Assembly: GCA_963729625.1 (NCBI GenBank)
Contig: CAVSOU010000011.1
Location: forward strand, 224,001-288,000
From: an uncultured bacterium
GTDB lineage: Bacteria; Chloroflexota; UBA5177; JANWHV01
Reading direction: 5' to 3'
Length of the DNA: 64,000 bases
A model generated the notes under the pieces. The model saw only the letters and a list, made by a program, of their open reading frames with translations, did not search any database and had not been told where the DNA came from. A program made the translations under genes and the position numbers. Below are positions 1 through 10,457 of the stretch, one piece after another (position 1 is the stretch's first letter; every line of letters starts with the position of its first letter).

Positions 1-1374
1 GATGACGTCGCCCTCCATCCCCTGTACTTCGGAGATGTTCGTGACCTTGCGCGAACCGTCTTTCATGCGAGCCTGCTGTACGACTAGCTCGATAGCCTTG
101 GATATCTGCTCACGAATAGCCCGGAGTGGCAAATCCATGCCTGCCATCAAGCACATCGTCTCCAGCCGGGACAGCGTGTCTCGAGGGGAGTTGGAGTGCA
201 GCGTGGTCATCGACCCATCGTGGCCTGTGTTCATGGCCTGGAGCATGTCAAGCGCTTCGCCGCTGCGGCACTCACCGACGATAATGCGTTCGGGCCGCAT
301 GCGCAGCGAGTTTCTCACGAGGTCGCGGATCGTTACCGCGCCCTTGCCTTCGATATTCGAGGAGCGCGCCTCGAGCGTGACCACATGCTCCTGTCGTAGC
401 TGCAGCTCAGCCGAGTCCTCTATGGTAACAATGCGCTCATCAGCCGGGACAAAACTCGACAGCACGTTCAACAACGTCGTCTTGCCGGAACCGGTGCCGC
501 CCGCCACGATGATGTTCAATCTCGCTTCGACCGATGCGCGCAGGAATGTGGTCATTTCCTGCGTGAGCGTGCCGAAGTTGACCAGGTCATCCGGCGTCAG
601 GGGATTGCGCGAGAACTTTCGGATCGTGACCGTCGGGCCCACGAGCGAGAGGGGAGGGATAATGATATTCACACGCGACCCGTCGGGAAGGCGGGCATCG
701 ACGTACGGGCTGCTTTCGTCGCATCGCTTGCCGAGTGGCGAGATAATACGATCGATCACACGGATGAGATGATCATCGTTGACGAACTGCACGTCCGTCT
801 TGATCAGCTTGCCGGCGCGCTCGATGTACACCTGCTTGGGACCGTTCACCATCACTTCGGTGATGGTGTCGTCGTCGAGGAGTGGTTGGATTGGGCCGTA
901 GCCGAGAATATCGGCGACGATCTGTTCGAACAGTCGTGCACGGTCCGCGCGGGTGAGCTGCGTCCCCTCCGTCTCCAGGGCAGACTCGAACAAGACCTGG
1001 ATGCGCTTGCGCATTTCACCGGCCTGGGAAAAATCCGCGTTGGGTCCGATGTCCTGAATCAGTTTCTGCTGAACGCGTGAGCGAAGCTCGGAGAAGTTGT
1101 CGTGCTCTGTGGCAGTGGGCCGTCGTAGGGCGGCGATGCTGTCCAAGCCCTGGCGCATGGGCCGTCCAGGCTGCAGGGCCGCGCCGGCACTCGATGGCAG
1201 CGGCGCCGTCGGATATTGTGATGCGCTCGAAGTACCTGCCGAAGCAAGGGCACTGCCAAGGCCGCCCGAGGTCCCGCGCGGCGGTGCCGACTGCGCGTTC
1301 GGAGGCGCTGCCGGTACCATCGCGTCGCCCGGACCACCCGTCGATGCACCTTCAATGCGTTTCAAGAGCGACAT
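1..1374 (-). CDS. cpaF: Tad/Flp pilus assembly ATPase CpaF/TadA (3' end runs off the window)
   Basis: Not in the ORF track. Manual translation from ATG 1374 (SD GGAGG upstream) begins MSLLKRIE, contains Walker A GGTGSGKTT (~475-501) and ends ...DGSRKVTNISEVQGMEGDVI at base 1. Confidence 0.93.
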   Translation of the reverse strand, partial: MSLLKRIEGASTGGPGDAMVPAAPPNAQSAPPRGTSGGLGSALASAGTSSASQYPTAPLPSSAGAALQPGRPMRQGLDSIAALRRPTATEHDNFSELRSRVQQKLIQDIGPNADFSQAGEMRKRIQVLFESALETEGTQLTRADRARLFEQIVADILGYGPIQPLLDDDTITEVMVNGPKQVYIERAGKLIKTDVQFVNDDHLIRVIDRIISPLGKRCDESSPYVDARLPDGSRVNIIIPPLSLVGPTVTIRKFSRNPLTPDDLVNFGTLTQEMTTFLRASVEARLNIIVAGGTGSGKTTLLNVLSSFVPADERIVTIEDSAELQLRQEHVVTLEARSSNIEGKGAVTIRDLVRNSLRMRPERIIVGECRSGEALDMLQAMNTGHDGSMTTLHSNSPRDTLSRLETMCLMAGMDLPLRAIREQISKAIELVVQQARMKDGSRKVTNISEVQGMEGDVI

Positions 1375-1615
1375 GCACTACCCTCCAGACTTGAGTCATC
1401 CGCACCTTGTTCTATCTGACCTGACAGCCCAAACCGTCCCGACCACCGTGCCTGGGCTGCGCTTTCCCCCCGCCGCACTTCAGGACCGCCAAGTAAACCC
1501 ATGGTCAGTTTGCGGAGATCCTCACCCGCCATCAAAGCACGATAGGCCAGCAGAATAGATGTTTTCTCGTTGAGGCAGCAACTCGCGAGTTTCGTCGTCG
1601 AGACACGGCCGGGCG

Positions 1616-1969
1616 TCAATGATTGTATACTGGCATGTTACCTTGGGCAACGCAAGCGTACGCTCGATCTGCCCGGACGTTATCGTTTCGGCTGTTTCGG
1701 ACCGAGGAGAGGCAAAAGGCGATACCGTCCGGACTCCGGTATCGGGCCCGCCTTGGCGTGGTCATCTCCGTCGCGCCGGCGCCCCTTTGCCCACGAACGG
1801 CGATAGCCATCAGCGCCAGATCACGATTGACCCGCCAAGCCGGGCCCGCCGCGGCAACTGCCTCGGAGACCGAGCCCACCGTATCGACGGTGGGTCCGGT
1901 CGCCAGCCGGGAGAGCAACGCCTTGTCGCCTTCGGCGATCGTGACCGAGATCAGTGTTGGGGCGCTCAC
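1616..1969 (-). pseudogene. Possible degenerate remnant of a receiver-domain/CpaE-like gene
   Basis: Occupies the usual cpaE slot between cpaB and cpaF. The N-terminus (ISVTIAEGDKALLSRL...VDTVGSVSEAVAAA) is weakly receiver-like. No ATPase domain follows. Confidence 0.3.
1622..1650 (-). promoter_or_regulatory. Putative sigma70 promoter for cpaF (TTGCCC-17 bp-TACAAT)
   Basis: Near-consensus hexamers with 17-bp spacing, ~245 nt upstream of the cpaF start. Confidence 0.5.
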
Positions 1970-1991
1970 AAGGATTTCCCAAGGGGCCTTT

Positions 1992-2970
1992 CTATTTCAC
2001 GGGTGCAGTCGGCTGAGGTGTAAGAGTGGGCCTTGGCGTCACAAACGTGTTTGGCAGGCCGTTGCCCTGCGGCGTGCCCTTAACGAATGCCTCGGGTGTA
2101 GCGAAGTACTCTGGGAAGATCGCTTTGGTCCGAGGCTGTACCACCTGGCCCTTCACATCTTCACCCGCGATAAGCACGATATCGACCGTACCGTACGTAT
2201 CCTTAACGTACTTGAGCAACAGGGCGTCCTGAGGCGTTAGTGCGAGCGTGTAGGTTGGGCTGGCGCCAGCTGTTACCGGGAGCCCGACGGCGAGCACACG
2301 TGCATCGGAGATAAGCTGCTGAGTGTCGATTGGGCCGACCTCTACGCCTGACGGCTGTGGATTCGACGAGAGGCTATCCACGTCACGCTGGCGGATACTC
2401 AAGTACACATTGACCGAATCGCCCGGCTGTATATGGAGGTCATCCGATTGCAGGCCGGTTACCTGGATAGTCTCTGCCACACGCCCGGGCGGAATATTCC
2501 ACGAGAGACTGCTCGGCGGCGGGACCGGGAGCACATCGTAGTCGGTGGTCAGGAGCGCATTGCCCTTGGTGATGCCCTTGGTAATCTCGATGTCGTTCAG
2601 AAACAGGTTGGCTGTATCGGAATACACGTGCGTGTAGGTCGTGATCCAGTCTTGAATCGAGCTCACCCAGTCGGGATTCCGTATCGCCTGGGACGGCACG
2701 GGCTCATCCGTGAAGTACTGAGTGATCTTATCGACGGCTGTCGAGCTTGGTGAACGGCGGTACCTGGGCGTAGGCCACCACATAGTGAGGGCCGGGTGTC
2801 GCCGTGAGGGTCGGTGCAATGACAGGCGTGCCTCCCTGACTCGTTGAGGTGGTGGTGGTGGTGTTCGACTTATTGCTCAGTACCACTACGACGATGACGA
2901 ATGCCACCAACGCGAGAACAGCGCCGATCAGCAACTGGCCCCTGCTGGTCCGCAACAACTGCATTCCCAT
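1992..2970 (-). CDS. cpaB: Flp pilus assembly protein CpaB/RcpC, split by a +1 frameshift at ~2736
   Basis: The N-terminal TM part (ORF 2728-2991) joins ORF 1992-2819 if one base at 2736/2737 is removed (KLDS-VDKITQY). RcpC-like motifs HIQPGDSVNVYLS, ISDARVLAVG and YTLALTPQDALLLKY are present. Confidence 0.75.
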
Positions 2971-3120
2971 TCTCAACCCCCGTCTACACACTAGCGATCC
3001 GTTGCTTCAAACCGACAAGCCAGGTTTCCAGCAATACGACGTAACTCTCCGTTACCAGGCGCTTGTCCGCGAGGCTACGGCTTTGTCCTTGCGCGCGCCG
3101 TTCTGCCCCAAGTGCAGGCT

Positions 3121-3816
3121 CTAGCCCTTTATCCAACCCTGACGCATCGCGTAGACCACCGCCTGCGTGCGGTCATTGACTGCTAGCTTGCGCATAATCG
3201 AGGTGATGTGATTCTTAACCGTCTGATCGCTGATACTCATTGCGCGAGCAATCTCTTTGTTGCTGTTACCCTTCGCTATGTAATCGAGCACCTGCACCTC
3301 GCGGCTCGACAGCGGAATGTACAGCGGCTCCGCTTCGTGGTCGACCTCTTCGGCCAAATCGCGGAACGACTTCAACACCTTTGAAGCCAGCACGGGTTTG
3401 GCGAGCACGCTATCGTTGATCAGGTATTCTCCCGCCGCGACACGGCGCAGGACCCGACACATGTCTTCGATGCTAATCGTCTTGAGCACATAGGCGGCAG
3501 CACCATACTTGATGGCGTAGAATAGCTTCTCCTCGTCGTCACGGTTCGTCATCACAACGACGCTAATGTTGGAGCCTCTGCGTTTGAGCTCCCGAATTGC
3601 CTCCAGTCCGTCAAGGCCCTCGACCTCGGCATTCAGCAGCACCACCGTGGGCGCCAACTCCTCCACGAGACGGAGGCCGTCTTTGCCGTTCGACGCCTCG
3701 CCGACGATTTCCAACTGCGGATCCACGGCCTTCACCGAGCTGCGCAGTCCGGCACAGAACAGCGGCTGGTCGTCTATTACCAAAACGCTGAGGCTGTCTG
3801 TCGAGTCGTTTTCCAT
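3121..3816 (-). CDS. NarL/LuxR-family response regulator (atypical receiver)
   Basis: Receiver motif VLVIDDQPLF; C-terminal LuxR HTH LSSREVQVLDYIAKGNSNKEIARAMSISDQTVKNHITSI. Confidence 0.93.
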   Translation of the reverse strand: MENDSTDSLSVLVIDDQPLFCAGLRSSVKAVDPQLEIVGEASNGKDGLRLVEELAPTVVLLNAEVEGLDGLEAIRELKRRGSNISVVVMTNRDDEEKLFYAIKYGAAAYVLKTISIEDMCRVLRRVAAGEYLINDSVLAKPVLASKVLKSFRDLAEEVDHEAEPLYIPLSSREVQVLDYIAKGNSNKEIARAMSISDQTVKNHITSIMRKLAVNDRTQAVVYAMRQGWIKG

Positions 3817-4090
3817 CCATCGCTCCAGGGCAGGCAAGCCCACCTGCATGAGACGTCATTCAACGGCGCAAGCAGCATCGTCTCATAGCTCAAGCTGATC
3901 GCCTTGACCAATCATGCCCGTAGCATAGCCGAGCATTGGAGGCGACACAATACCACAGTTGGTAGTTTCTGGGCACAGATTCGTGCAAAAAAGGCCTCAT
4001 TGGCAGCGCAAATTACATCCTATACGATAGATTCGATCCGTAGCCGCCTTCAGCGCCTCCTCAAGTGGTCCACGCGGTCCGCTGCAGCGT

Positions 4091-5725
4091 TCATCGATGG
4101 TTGTTCGCGCCGCTCCGCCCCACGCGCAAGGGATTCGCGTAGATCGTGTACTCGCCTTCGTGATAGACAGTTTGCCAGTGGGTCCGCGCGAAAGTCGCGA
4201 GCGCGCGCTCGCGGACATTCTCCGCTATCCATCGTCGGGTGAAATCGTCGATCACGAGATACGTCGCTGCTGACAGACTCGTATCAAACGCGAAGTGGCT
4301 TCGCGGCAACGCGCTTGGATAGAACGACGTTCCATGGCCACTTATCGCCACCGCCTGAAGCAGGTCCGTAGTTCTGCATGCGATCAGCCAGGACTCCTCG
4401 GGCATGATTATCACCAGCGACGAGGGCGCGACTCTGGCATTCACCCAATCCGCCATCGCGTGGGCCGCGGCAGGGGAACGTGGCAGCGCCGCGTCGATAG
4501 CTGTCTTGAAGCGCCCTCCGGCTCCCGTTACATCGCTGGCAAGCATCGAAAGAATGAACGGTGTGATAAAGATGGCGTAGGCCAGCCGTGCGCGCTTCTT
4601 GGCTTGGTGTCGCGCCGATGGGCTACCGGCGAAGACGAGCAGAAAGGAGAGTAAGCGCCAGCAGCCGCACAGGACCGTGCCGATGCCGATGGCAACGAGC
4701 GGGAGCAATGGTACTGCCGCGCGGAAGTAGGGCGCGGGATCGCGAACGGCCAGCACAATCAGCAGCAGTCCCGCGGTGAGTACGACAAGCGCCCGGCGTG
4801 TCGATCCGCGCGCGGTAAAGAGCACGCCGATCAATCCGACGGCGATGAGCGGCTCGAACTTCAGCAAGTCGATGAACCGGCCTACCAGCGTGGCTGGACC
4901 GAGGTCGAGCCGCGTCGCCGAGTGCTTCACATCAAAGACGAATTCGTTATTCCTGGCGACAAGCATCCATGTAACGTAGGCGAGCGGCGCGATCGCAGTG
5001 GAGATGCCGGCGACAAGCACGCAGACGGCGCCCCGCGGCCAGACCAGTATCGCCAACGCGGGCACCAGGGCAATCGCTTCCTGATCGGTAGCCAGCGCAA
5101 GACCGGCAAGCAGGCCGGCGGCCATCGCCCCCGCGCAGCGGCTTCGACGTGCCATGACACGCGTCGTCGAGGTCGGCGCTGTCGCCTCCTCATCGCCACT
5201 GCTCGCGGCGTCCCGGAGCACAAGCCAAAGGCTGACAGGAATGAGCAGCGCGAGGAGGTTGTAGGTGTACGCCCAACGTTGTTGCACTACCACCAGAGGC
5301 CAGATGGTCATGACGGTCGCGGCTGTAACTCCGAGGCCGCGGCCACCAAGCCGTGAGCAGAGGGCATAGACGGCTACGACGGACAGCACCCCGGATGTCG
5401 CCGCCACCGCACGCAGGGCGATCAGGTCATGCGTCCATACGCGCATGAGCGCCGCGCTGAGAAGATAGAACAGAGGCGGATGCTGCACGAATGCGTAGCG
5501 AAGCCCGAACATTTGCAGGTGGCCGGCTGCCAGATTCGAAGCAATGTTCCAGTTGTAACCTTCGTCGCCGTCCCATCCCGGGTTGTCCGCGAGGTTCGCG
5601 AAGCGCAGATATATGGCTAGCAGCATGAGTACGGCTACGAGCAGCAGCCAACCTGACCGGGCTCCTGCGCCGGCGGGTGAATACCTATGTGCTTGCCGTG
5701 TAGCCGGGCCACAAGTGCTATTCAT
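4091..5725 (-). CDS. ArnT/PMT-like (GT-C fold) membrane glycosyltransferase
   Basis: Multi-TM protein with WDGDEG after TM1 and QHPPLFYLL, as in ArnT/GT39-type enzymes. Confidence 0.8.
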   Translation of the reverse strand: MNSTCGPATRQAHRYSPAGAGARSGWLLLVAVLMLLAIYLRFANLADNPGWDGDEGYNWNIASNLAAGHLQMFGLRYAFVQHPPLFYLLSAALMRVWTHDLIALRAVAATSGVLSVVAVYALCSRLGGRGLGVTAATVMTIWPLVVVQQRWAYTYNLLALLIPVSLWLVLRDAASSGDEEATAPTSTTRVMARRSRCAGAMAAGLLAGLALATDQEAIALVPALAILVWPRGAVCVLVAGISTAIAPLAYVTWMLVARNNEFVFDVKHSATRLDLGPATLVGRFIDLLKFEPLIAVGLIGVLFTARGSTRRALVVLTAGLLLIVLAVRDPAPYFRAAVPLLPLVAIGIGTVLCGCWRLLSFLLVFAGSPSARHQAKKRARLAYAIFITPFILSMLASDVTGAGGRFKTAIDAALPRSPAAAHAMADWVNARVAPSSLVIIMPEESWLIACRTTDLLQAVAISGHGTSFYPSALPRSHFAFDTSLSAATYLVIDDFTRRWIAENVRERALATFARTHWQTVYHEGEYTIYANPLRVGRSGANNHR

Positions 5726-7460
5726 GTCCCGATATCCGGCGGAACGCGACCACGCCGTGTTGCGAAAACACCGATCGAAAACCGGGAATCTGGCTCAGCT
5801 CGACGTAGCCGGGCGATCGCTCGAGCGGGCTATAGATAACCAGCGTCACGTGCTCGCGCGCAACAAGCGGCACGAGCGCCTGGAGGGCTGCCGTTCGCGA
5901 CCTCGCGCGATAGAACCGTCGAACCTCGTCCTGCCTGCGTGCCAGGTTGAACGTCTCGAAATTTTGGCCAACTACCACGTGGCACGTACAGGTCTCCGGC
6001 ACGAGATTCCCGAAGCCCGCGCTGGAAAGCACAACGTCAGACTCGCTTGCGTGATCGCCGAGCCAGGTCACAGCACTCGCTACACCTGATGGCGTGTAGT
6101 AGTCGTCGTCGAGGCCGGAGGCTGCGATCGCCGTGTACAGGGCAAGGAGCAGCGGGGCAGAGAACACCAGCACACTTGTACGAATCGCCGGCAATACCCG
6201 GATTCCGTCTGCCACGACGCCGGGGCCCGAAAGCCAAATAAAGCCGAGCAGGGCCAGCGGTACACTTAGCCCCAGCTCCTGACGGCCCTGCTGCCAGATC
6301 GGGAGCATGAGCGTACACAGGTTCGTAACGCCCCAGATGAGCGGAAACCACGCAGCAGCAATGGAAACCGGATCGGTTGCGGACCGGCGCATGCGCGTCA
6401 GCGTGCGTACGCCCCCGTACGCCGCGCACGCGAGAGCGCCGTAGGCGAAGAGAAGGACGCCGAAGCTGGGCGGGGCGACCTGAGCGAAGCCACTGTGGCT
6501 CCAGAGGGGGTCGCCGCGAAAAACGGCGAGATAGTACAGGCCCATCAATCCCGCCGGAATCAGCGAAATAATGGCGATGCGCATTGTAGACAAGAACACT
6601 TGGCTGGCCCGCAGTGTGTTCTTCGGCGCGGCTCCAGGCGGCCGCGAGTACCACGCCATTCGCGCCGCCGCAGTAGCATAGACGAGCAGAACGAATCCAA
6701 CTGTCGGCAGAAGAAACGGATAGGCGAGCGCCAGGACGAAGAGCCATGCCGCCGCACCGGCAATCGCGTGGGACTGCTTGCGCTGCGCCGCCGGCAGGAG
6801 CTTACGTGTCGCCCAGAGCGGCTCACGCACTCCAGCTGCGCGCAGAATGCTCGCGAATGCCATAAGCTCCGCCGCCAGTCCCAGAGATTCGTGCGGCGAG
6901 TTCAGCATGGTTATGGACGGGCTCAGCTCAGGAGCCGTCAACGCGGCGAGGTTGACGATTCGCGGCGCCACTCCGCTAAGCGGCAGCGCCAGCCAGTACA
7001 GACTCCCCGCGAGGGCGACGAAGATCCAGCATGCTCGAAGGGCTGCCCGTCCTACAAACAGCAAGCAGAACTGCGCGACGGCGAAGAGCAGCAGCCCACC
7101 GCAGAGCAAGCGCGCAACCTGGTAGACCACGGCGGGCGATACGCCTGCCGCCAGATGACCGGCGAGGAGATAGGGCACGTAGATCAGGAGCCTGGAGGGA
7201 TGATCTGGAGAGAACTGGTTGGTATAGCGCCATGCGCCCAGCGATCCCTGGCGTATTGCCGCCAGGTACTGGCTCAAATCGCCAGTGTTGTTCAGCGCTC
7301 CGAGAAAGCTCTTGCCCTGCGGCGCCAGCAGGTAACCGCAGAGATAGGGCACCAGGCTGAGGGCCAGTGCCAGCGCGCCAAGACCGAGAATCCGACCCGG
7401 GCGCGCCTTCGCCAGTGGTCGCGCGGCCGGTCGGCGTCCTGCCTCGGTACCACTAGCCAT
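5718..7460 (-). CDS. Polytopic membrane protein, probable GT-C glycosyltransferase
   Basis: Many TM segments; GDLSQYLAAIRQG in the first loop; C-terminal soluble domain (AVTWL...DVVLSS). Overlaps the downstream gene by 8 bp. Confidence 0.6.
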   Translation of the reverse strand: MASGTEAGRRPAARPLAKARPGRILGLGALALALSLVPYLCGYLLAPQGKSFLGALNNTGDLSQYLAAIRQGSLGAWRYTNQFSPDHPSRLLIYVPYLLAGHLAAGVSPAVVYQVARLLCGGLLLFAVAQFCLLFVGRAALRACWIFVALAGSLYWLALPLSGVAPRIVNLAALTAPELSPSITMLNSPHESLGLAAELMAFASILRAAGVREPLWATRKLLPAAQRKQSHAIAGAAAWLFVLALAYPFLLPTVGFVLLVYATAAARMAWYSRPPGAAPKNTLRASQVFLSTMRIAIISLIPAGLMGLYYLAVFRGDPLWSHSGFAQVAPPSFGVLLFAYGALACAAYGGVRTLTRMRRSATDPVSIAAAWFPLIWGVTNLCTLMLPIWQQGRQELGLSVPLALLGFIWLSGPGVVADGIRVLPAIRTSVLVFSAPLLLALYTAIAASGLDDDYYTPSGVASAVTWLGDHASESDVVLSSAGFGNLVPETCTCHVVVGQNFETFNLARRQDEVRRFYRARSRTAALQALVPLVAREHVTLVIYSPLERSPGYVELSQIPGFRSVFSQHGVVAFRRISGHE

Positions 7461-7501
7461 GAGAGGGATCTCCGGCCACTACGGCTTCCGTCTCGGCGGG
7501 A

Positions 7502-9088
7502 CTAACTGCAATTGTCCTGTTTGCCCCTGGCGACATAGAGTTGACTCACCGCGTCGTGATAGACGAGCGACCATCCGGGCGTGCGCCGCAACACCCCTGC
7601 GATACCTGCGTCCGGCTCAATCAGGGCGTAGCACAGGCGATTGGTGGCGAACAGTGATTTCCACGAGTCATGACCTTCCCAGGCCTGAATATAGTCGTTC
7701 ATGAACGTGTCGCCATACATGTCGGGCCGCCCATCGACGAAGACCTGACGCCGTGGATACGAGTTCCAGATGAGGAACCCACCCCAGTTGTAGTAGTCAA
7801 GACCTCTCTCAGGGACGCTATGTGTATCCATATAATGCAGCGCGCCAACCGGATACATTGTAGCCACCGCGCGTTGCTGACTGGTGTCGCTCAACTTGCC
7901 GGCACTCGAAATAGCAATCATCAGCGCAATGGCGATCACGACGACCAGGTTGACCATGGCTCTGCCCTGTGGTGGTGGCTTCAGGGCGCGCGCTCGCCGG
8001 TACTGATCGGGCAGCGCCGCGACCACGAGCTCGGCGATGATCGGCGCGGCCACCACGGCGAATAGACTGATGTTCCGGACAGACTCGAAGGCAAGATACA
8101 GAAAAGGTAGAACGATTGCGACATCCGCAAGACCCGCCCTGCGCGGTCCAGCCAGTGCGGCGACCAGCAGAAGGAGTACAAGCGCCTCGAAGATCAGGTA
8201 CTGCGCTTGGTGAAAGTCAGGCGAAACCCACTCGGCAATGTAGCGGGTCGACGCGTTATTGCCCAGGTATGACAGTGGATACAAGGCCCCGGTCAAGCCA
8301 TTTGGGTTGAGCAAGGTTGCCACGGTCGCGAGCCCGAGAGTCCGGCAGCACTGCGGGATGCTTGCTGCCGGGTGGTCTTCTCGGCTGCGTGTGGCGCCGT
8401 TCTCGGTTGGCGATGTCCGCGCTGTCGCCCAACGCAAGTGATCCGCGAGTGCGTAGGCCCCGGTTGCAAGGAACAGCAGCGCGAGTCCGAAGATGAAACC
8501 TCCGTGGATATTGACCCAGGGGACCATGACGGCAGCCATCCAGAGAGGCGGCGACGGCAATCGGCGCACGATCATGCGTGTGATGCCGAGCCCGAACACG
8601 GCCATCAGGAAAAGCGAGATCATTTGCGGCCTGGTGCCCCAGGTATGCGCCGAAGCCAATGCAGCCAGGAGTACGATCGCGGCGCTCACGTAGGCGGGTG
8701 CGCCTCGCTCGCGAGCAGTGGCGTAGACGACTGCGAACGTAAGCGTGATGACGCATGCGGTGGCGAGCATCAACAGTCGAAAGCCGCCGAGACTCCAGCC
8801 GCCATAGAACAACAGCTCGGTCACCCATTCGTGCGTGATCCAGACATGATCGCGGACAGTCAGTGAGAAGAGGTCATGATGCGGAATGACACCCGTCGTG
8901 GCCATGTAGCGGCCGGTCGCGAGATGCCACCAGAAATCCGGGTCGTTCACCGGCTTCAACGCCACCGCGAAGATGGTCAGGAAGGCGCAGGCAACGGCAA
9001 CGCCGCCGAGGCTAAGGCGCGCGATCGCGTGCCTCTCTCGGCCAGGCGCAAGAATATGCTCGGCATGATACACGGCGCTGTCGGCCAC
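7502..9088 (-). CDS. Polytopic membrane protein, GT-C-like (DPDFWWHL...DGRPDMYG family)
   Basis: Motifs NDPDFWWHLATGR, HEW, RPQ, WVNIHGGF, YIAEW, YNWGGFL and VFVDGRPDMYG. Confidence 0.65.
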   Translation of the reverse strand: MADSAVYHAEHILAPGRERHAIARLSLGGVAVACAFLTIFAVALKPVNDPDFWWHLATGRYMATTGVIPHHDLFSLTVRDHVWITHEWVTELLFYGGWSLGGFRLLMLATACVITLTFAVVYATARERGAPAYVSAAIVLLAALASAHTWGTRPQMISLFLMAVFGLGITRMIVRRLPSPPLWMAAVMVPWVNIHGGFIFGLALLFLATGAYALADHLRWATARTSPTENGATRSREDHPAASIPQCCRTLGLATVATLLNPNGLTGALYPLSYLGNNASTRYIAEWVSPDFHQAQYLIFEALVLLLLVAALAGPRRAGLADVAIVLPFLYLAFESVRNISLFAVVAAPIIAELVVAALPDQYRRARALKPPPQGRAMVNLVVVIAIALMIAISSAGKLSDTSQQRAVATMYPVGALHYMDTHSVPERGLDYYNWGGFLIWNSYPRRQVFVDGRPDMYGDTFMNDYIQAWEGHDSWKSLFATNRLCYALIEPDAGIAGVLRRTPGWSLVYHDAVSQLYVARGKQDNCS

Positions 9089-9197
9089 GCGATCTCCGGT
9101 TGGACAGATCGAGCTGGAATGCGCGAGCCCAGGGCCGCGCTTGGCTCAGTCTAATCCGTCGAGCCACGCGCTTCAATAGGTCGAGAGGTTAGAACGG

Positions 9198-10283
9198 TCA
9201 GACCGTGCCGGTGCCGGCCGCGCCTACAACGCCACCGCGTGCAAGCATGTCCGCCATCAGGGCGGTCGACTCCTCAGCCCGATGGCAGGCCACGAGGTGA
9301 CCGGTTCGCAACTCACGGAACTCGGGCTCCTCACTCGCGCAGCGATCGATGACCAGAGGACACCGCGTCCGGAAGTGACAGCCGCTTGGCGGATTGATCG
9401 GGCTGGGTACGTCACCCTGAAGCACGATCCGGTTCCTGCGGACCAGTGGATCCGGATTGGGAATCGCGGAAAGGAGGGCCTTCGTGTACGGGTGCAGCGG
9501 ATTCTTGTAGAGCTCATCGCCGGCGGCAAGCTCGGCCATCTTGCCCAGATACATGACGCCGACACGATCGGACAGGTATTCGACTACGGAGAGATCGTGC
9601 GCGATGAACAGGTAGGTGAGCCCGAACTCGTTCTGCAGGTCCTCGAGCAGATTGAGCACCTGGCTCTGTACGCTGACGTCGAGCGCGCTTACAGGCTCGT
9701 CGCACACAATAAACTTGGGGCGCAATGCCAGGGCGCGGGCCACGCCGATACGCTGCCGCTGGCCACCGCTGAACTCGTGCGGATAGCGTCGAACGTACTC
9801 CTTGCGCAGTCCCACCACGCTGAGGAAGTACTGTACGGTCTTTTCGCGCTCTCTCCGATCGTGCATGCCGTGCACGCGCAAGCCCTCGCCGATGATGTCG
9901 CCGACGGGCATGCGGGGATTGAGCGACGAGTACGGATCCTGGAAGATGATCTGCATGTCACGGCGCCGAGCCTTCATCGAGGATGCGCTCAACCCCAGGA
10001 CGTTCTGCCCTTCGAACACAACCTCGCCGCTGGTCGCCTTCTGCAGCCGCAGGATCGTGCGCCCGGTCGTCGTCTTGCCGCAGCCGCTTTCGCCGACAAG
10101 ACCAAATGTCTCACCACGCTTGATGTCAAAGGAGACGCCGTCAACAGCCTTGACCTCCCCGACCTTTCGGCGGAGCACCCCACCCAGAATCGGGAAGTAG
10201 GTGCGCAGCTGACGAACGCTCAGCAACACCTCGTCACTTTCGCTACTCGTGTGAGTAGTCGCACGTTCGGCAGTCTGCTGCAT
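9198..10283 (-). CDS. oppF: Oligopeptide/dipeptide ABC transporter ATP-binding subunit
   Basis: [31 protein letters not shown] and C-terminal [10 protein letters not shown]. Confidence 0.93.
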   Translation of the reverse strand: MQQTAERATTHTSSESDEVLLSVRQLRTYFPILGGVLRRKVGEVKAVDGVSFDIKRGETFGLVGESGCGKTTTGRTILRLQKATSGEVVFEGQNVLGLSASSMKARRRDMQIIFQDPYSSLNPRMPVGDIIGEGLRVHGMHDRREREKTVQYFLSVVGLRKEYVRRYPHEFSGGQRQRIGVARALALRPKFIVCDEPVSALDVSVQSQVLNLLEDLQNEFGLTYLFIAHDLSVVEYLSDRVGVMYLGKMAELAAGDELYKNPLHPYTKALLSAIPNPDPLVRRNRIVLQGDVPSPINPPSGCHFRTRCPLVIDRCASEEPEFRELRTGHLVACHRAEESTALMADMLARGGVVGAAGTGTV

Positions 10284-10457
10284 GCTGTTCTCTTCTCCGG
10301 CAGTCTGTTCAGTACTTCATTCGATGCCGTGTTAGTCGGGCCTGACACTGCGGTATCAGGGCAGCGCCCGGGGCGACTGTGGTCGCGGTGAGCGTGAGTT
10401 TGCGCCGTTGACGGGCCACCAGCGTCATTAGTGCATAAGTGTACCAGGGAAGCACGC

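Noticed and set aside
2-772. 256-aa plus-strand ORF
   Set aside because: Antisense shadow of cpaF, which carries all the expected motifs on the minus strand.
1430-1520. c-di-GMP-I or ZTP riboswitch call in the cpaF leader
   Set aside because: Only partial motifs; the GGCAAA...GAAA stem and the ZTP 5' half are absent.
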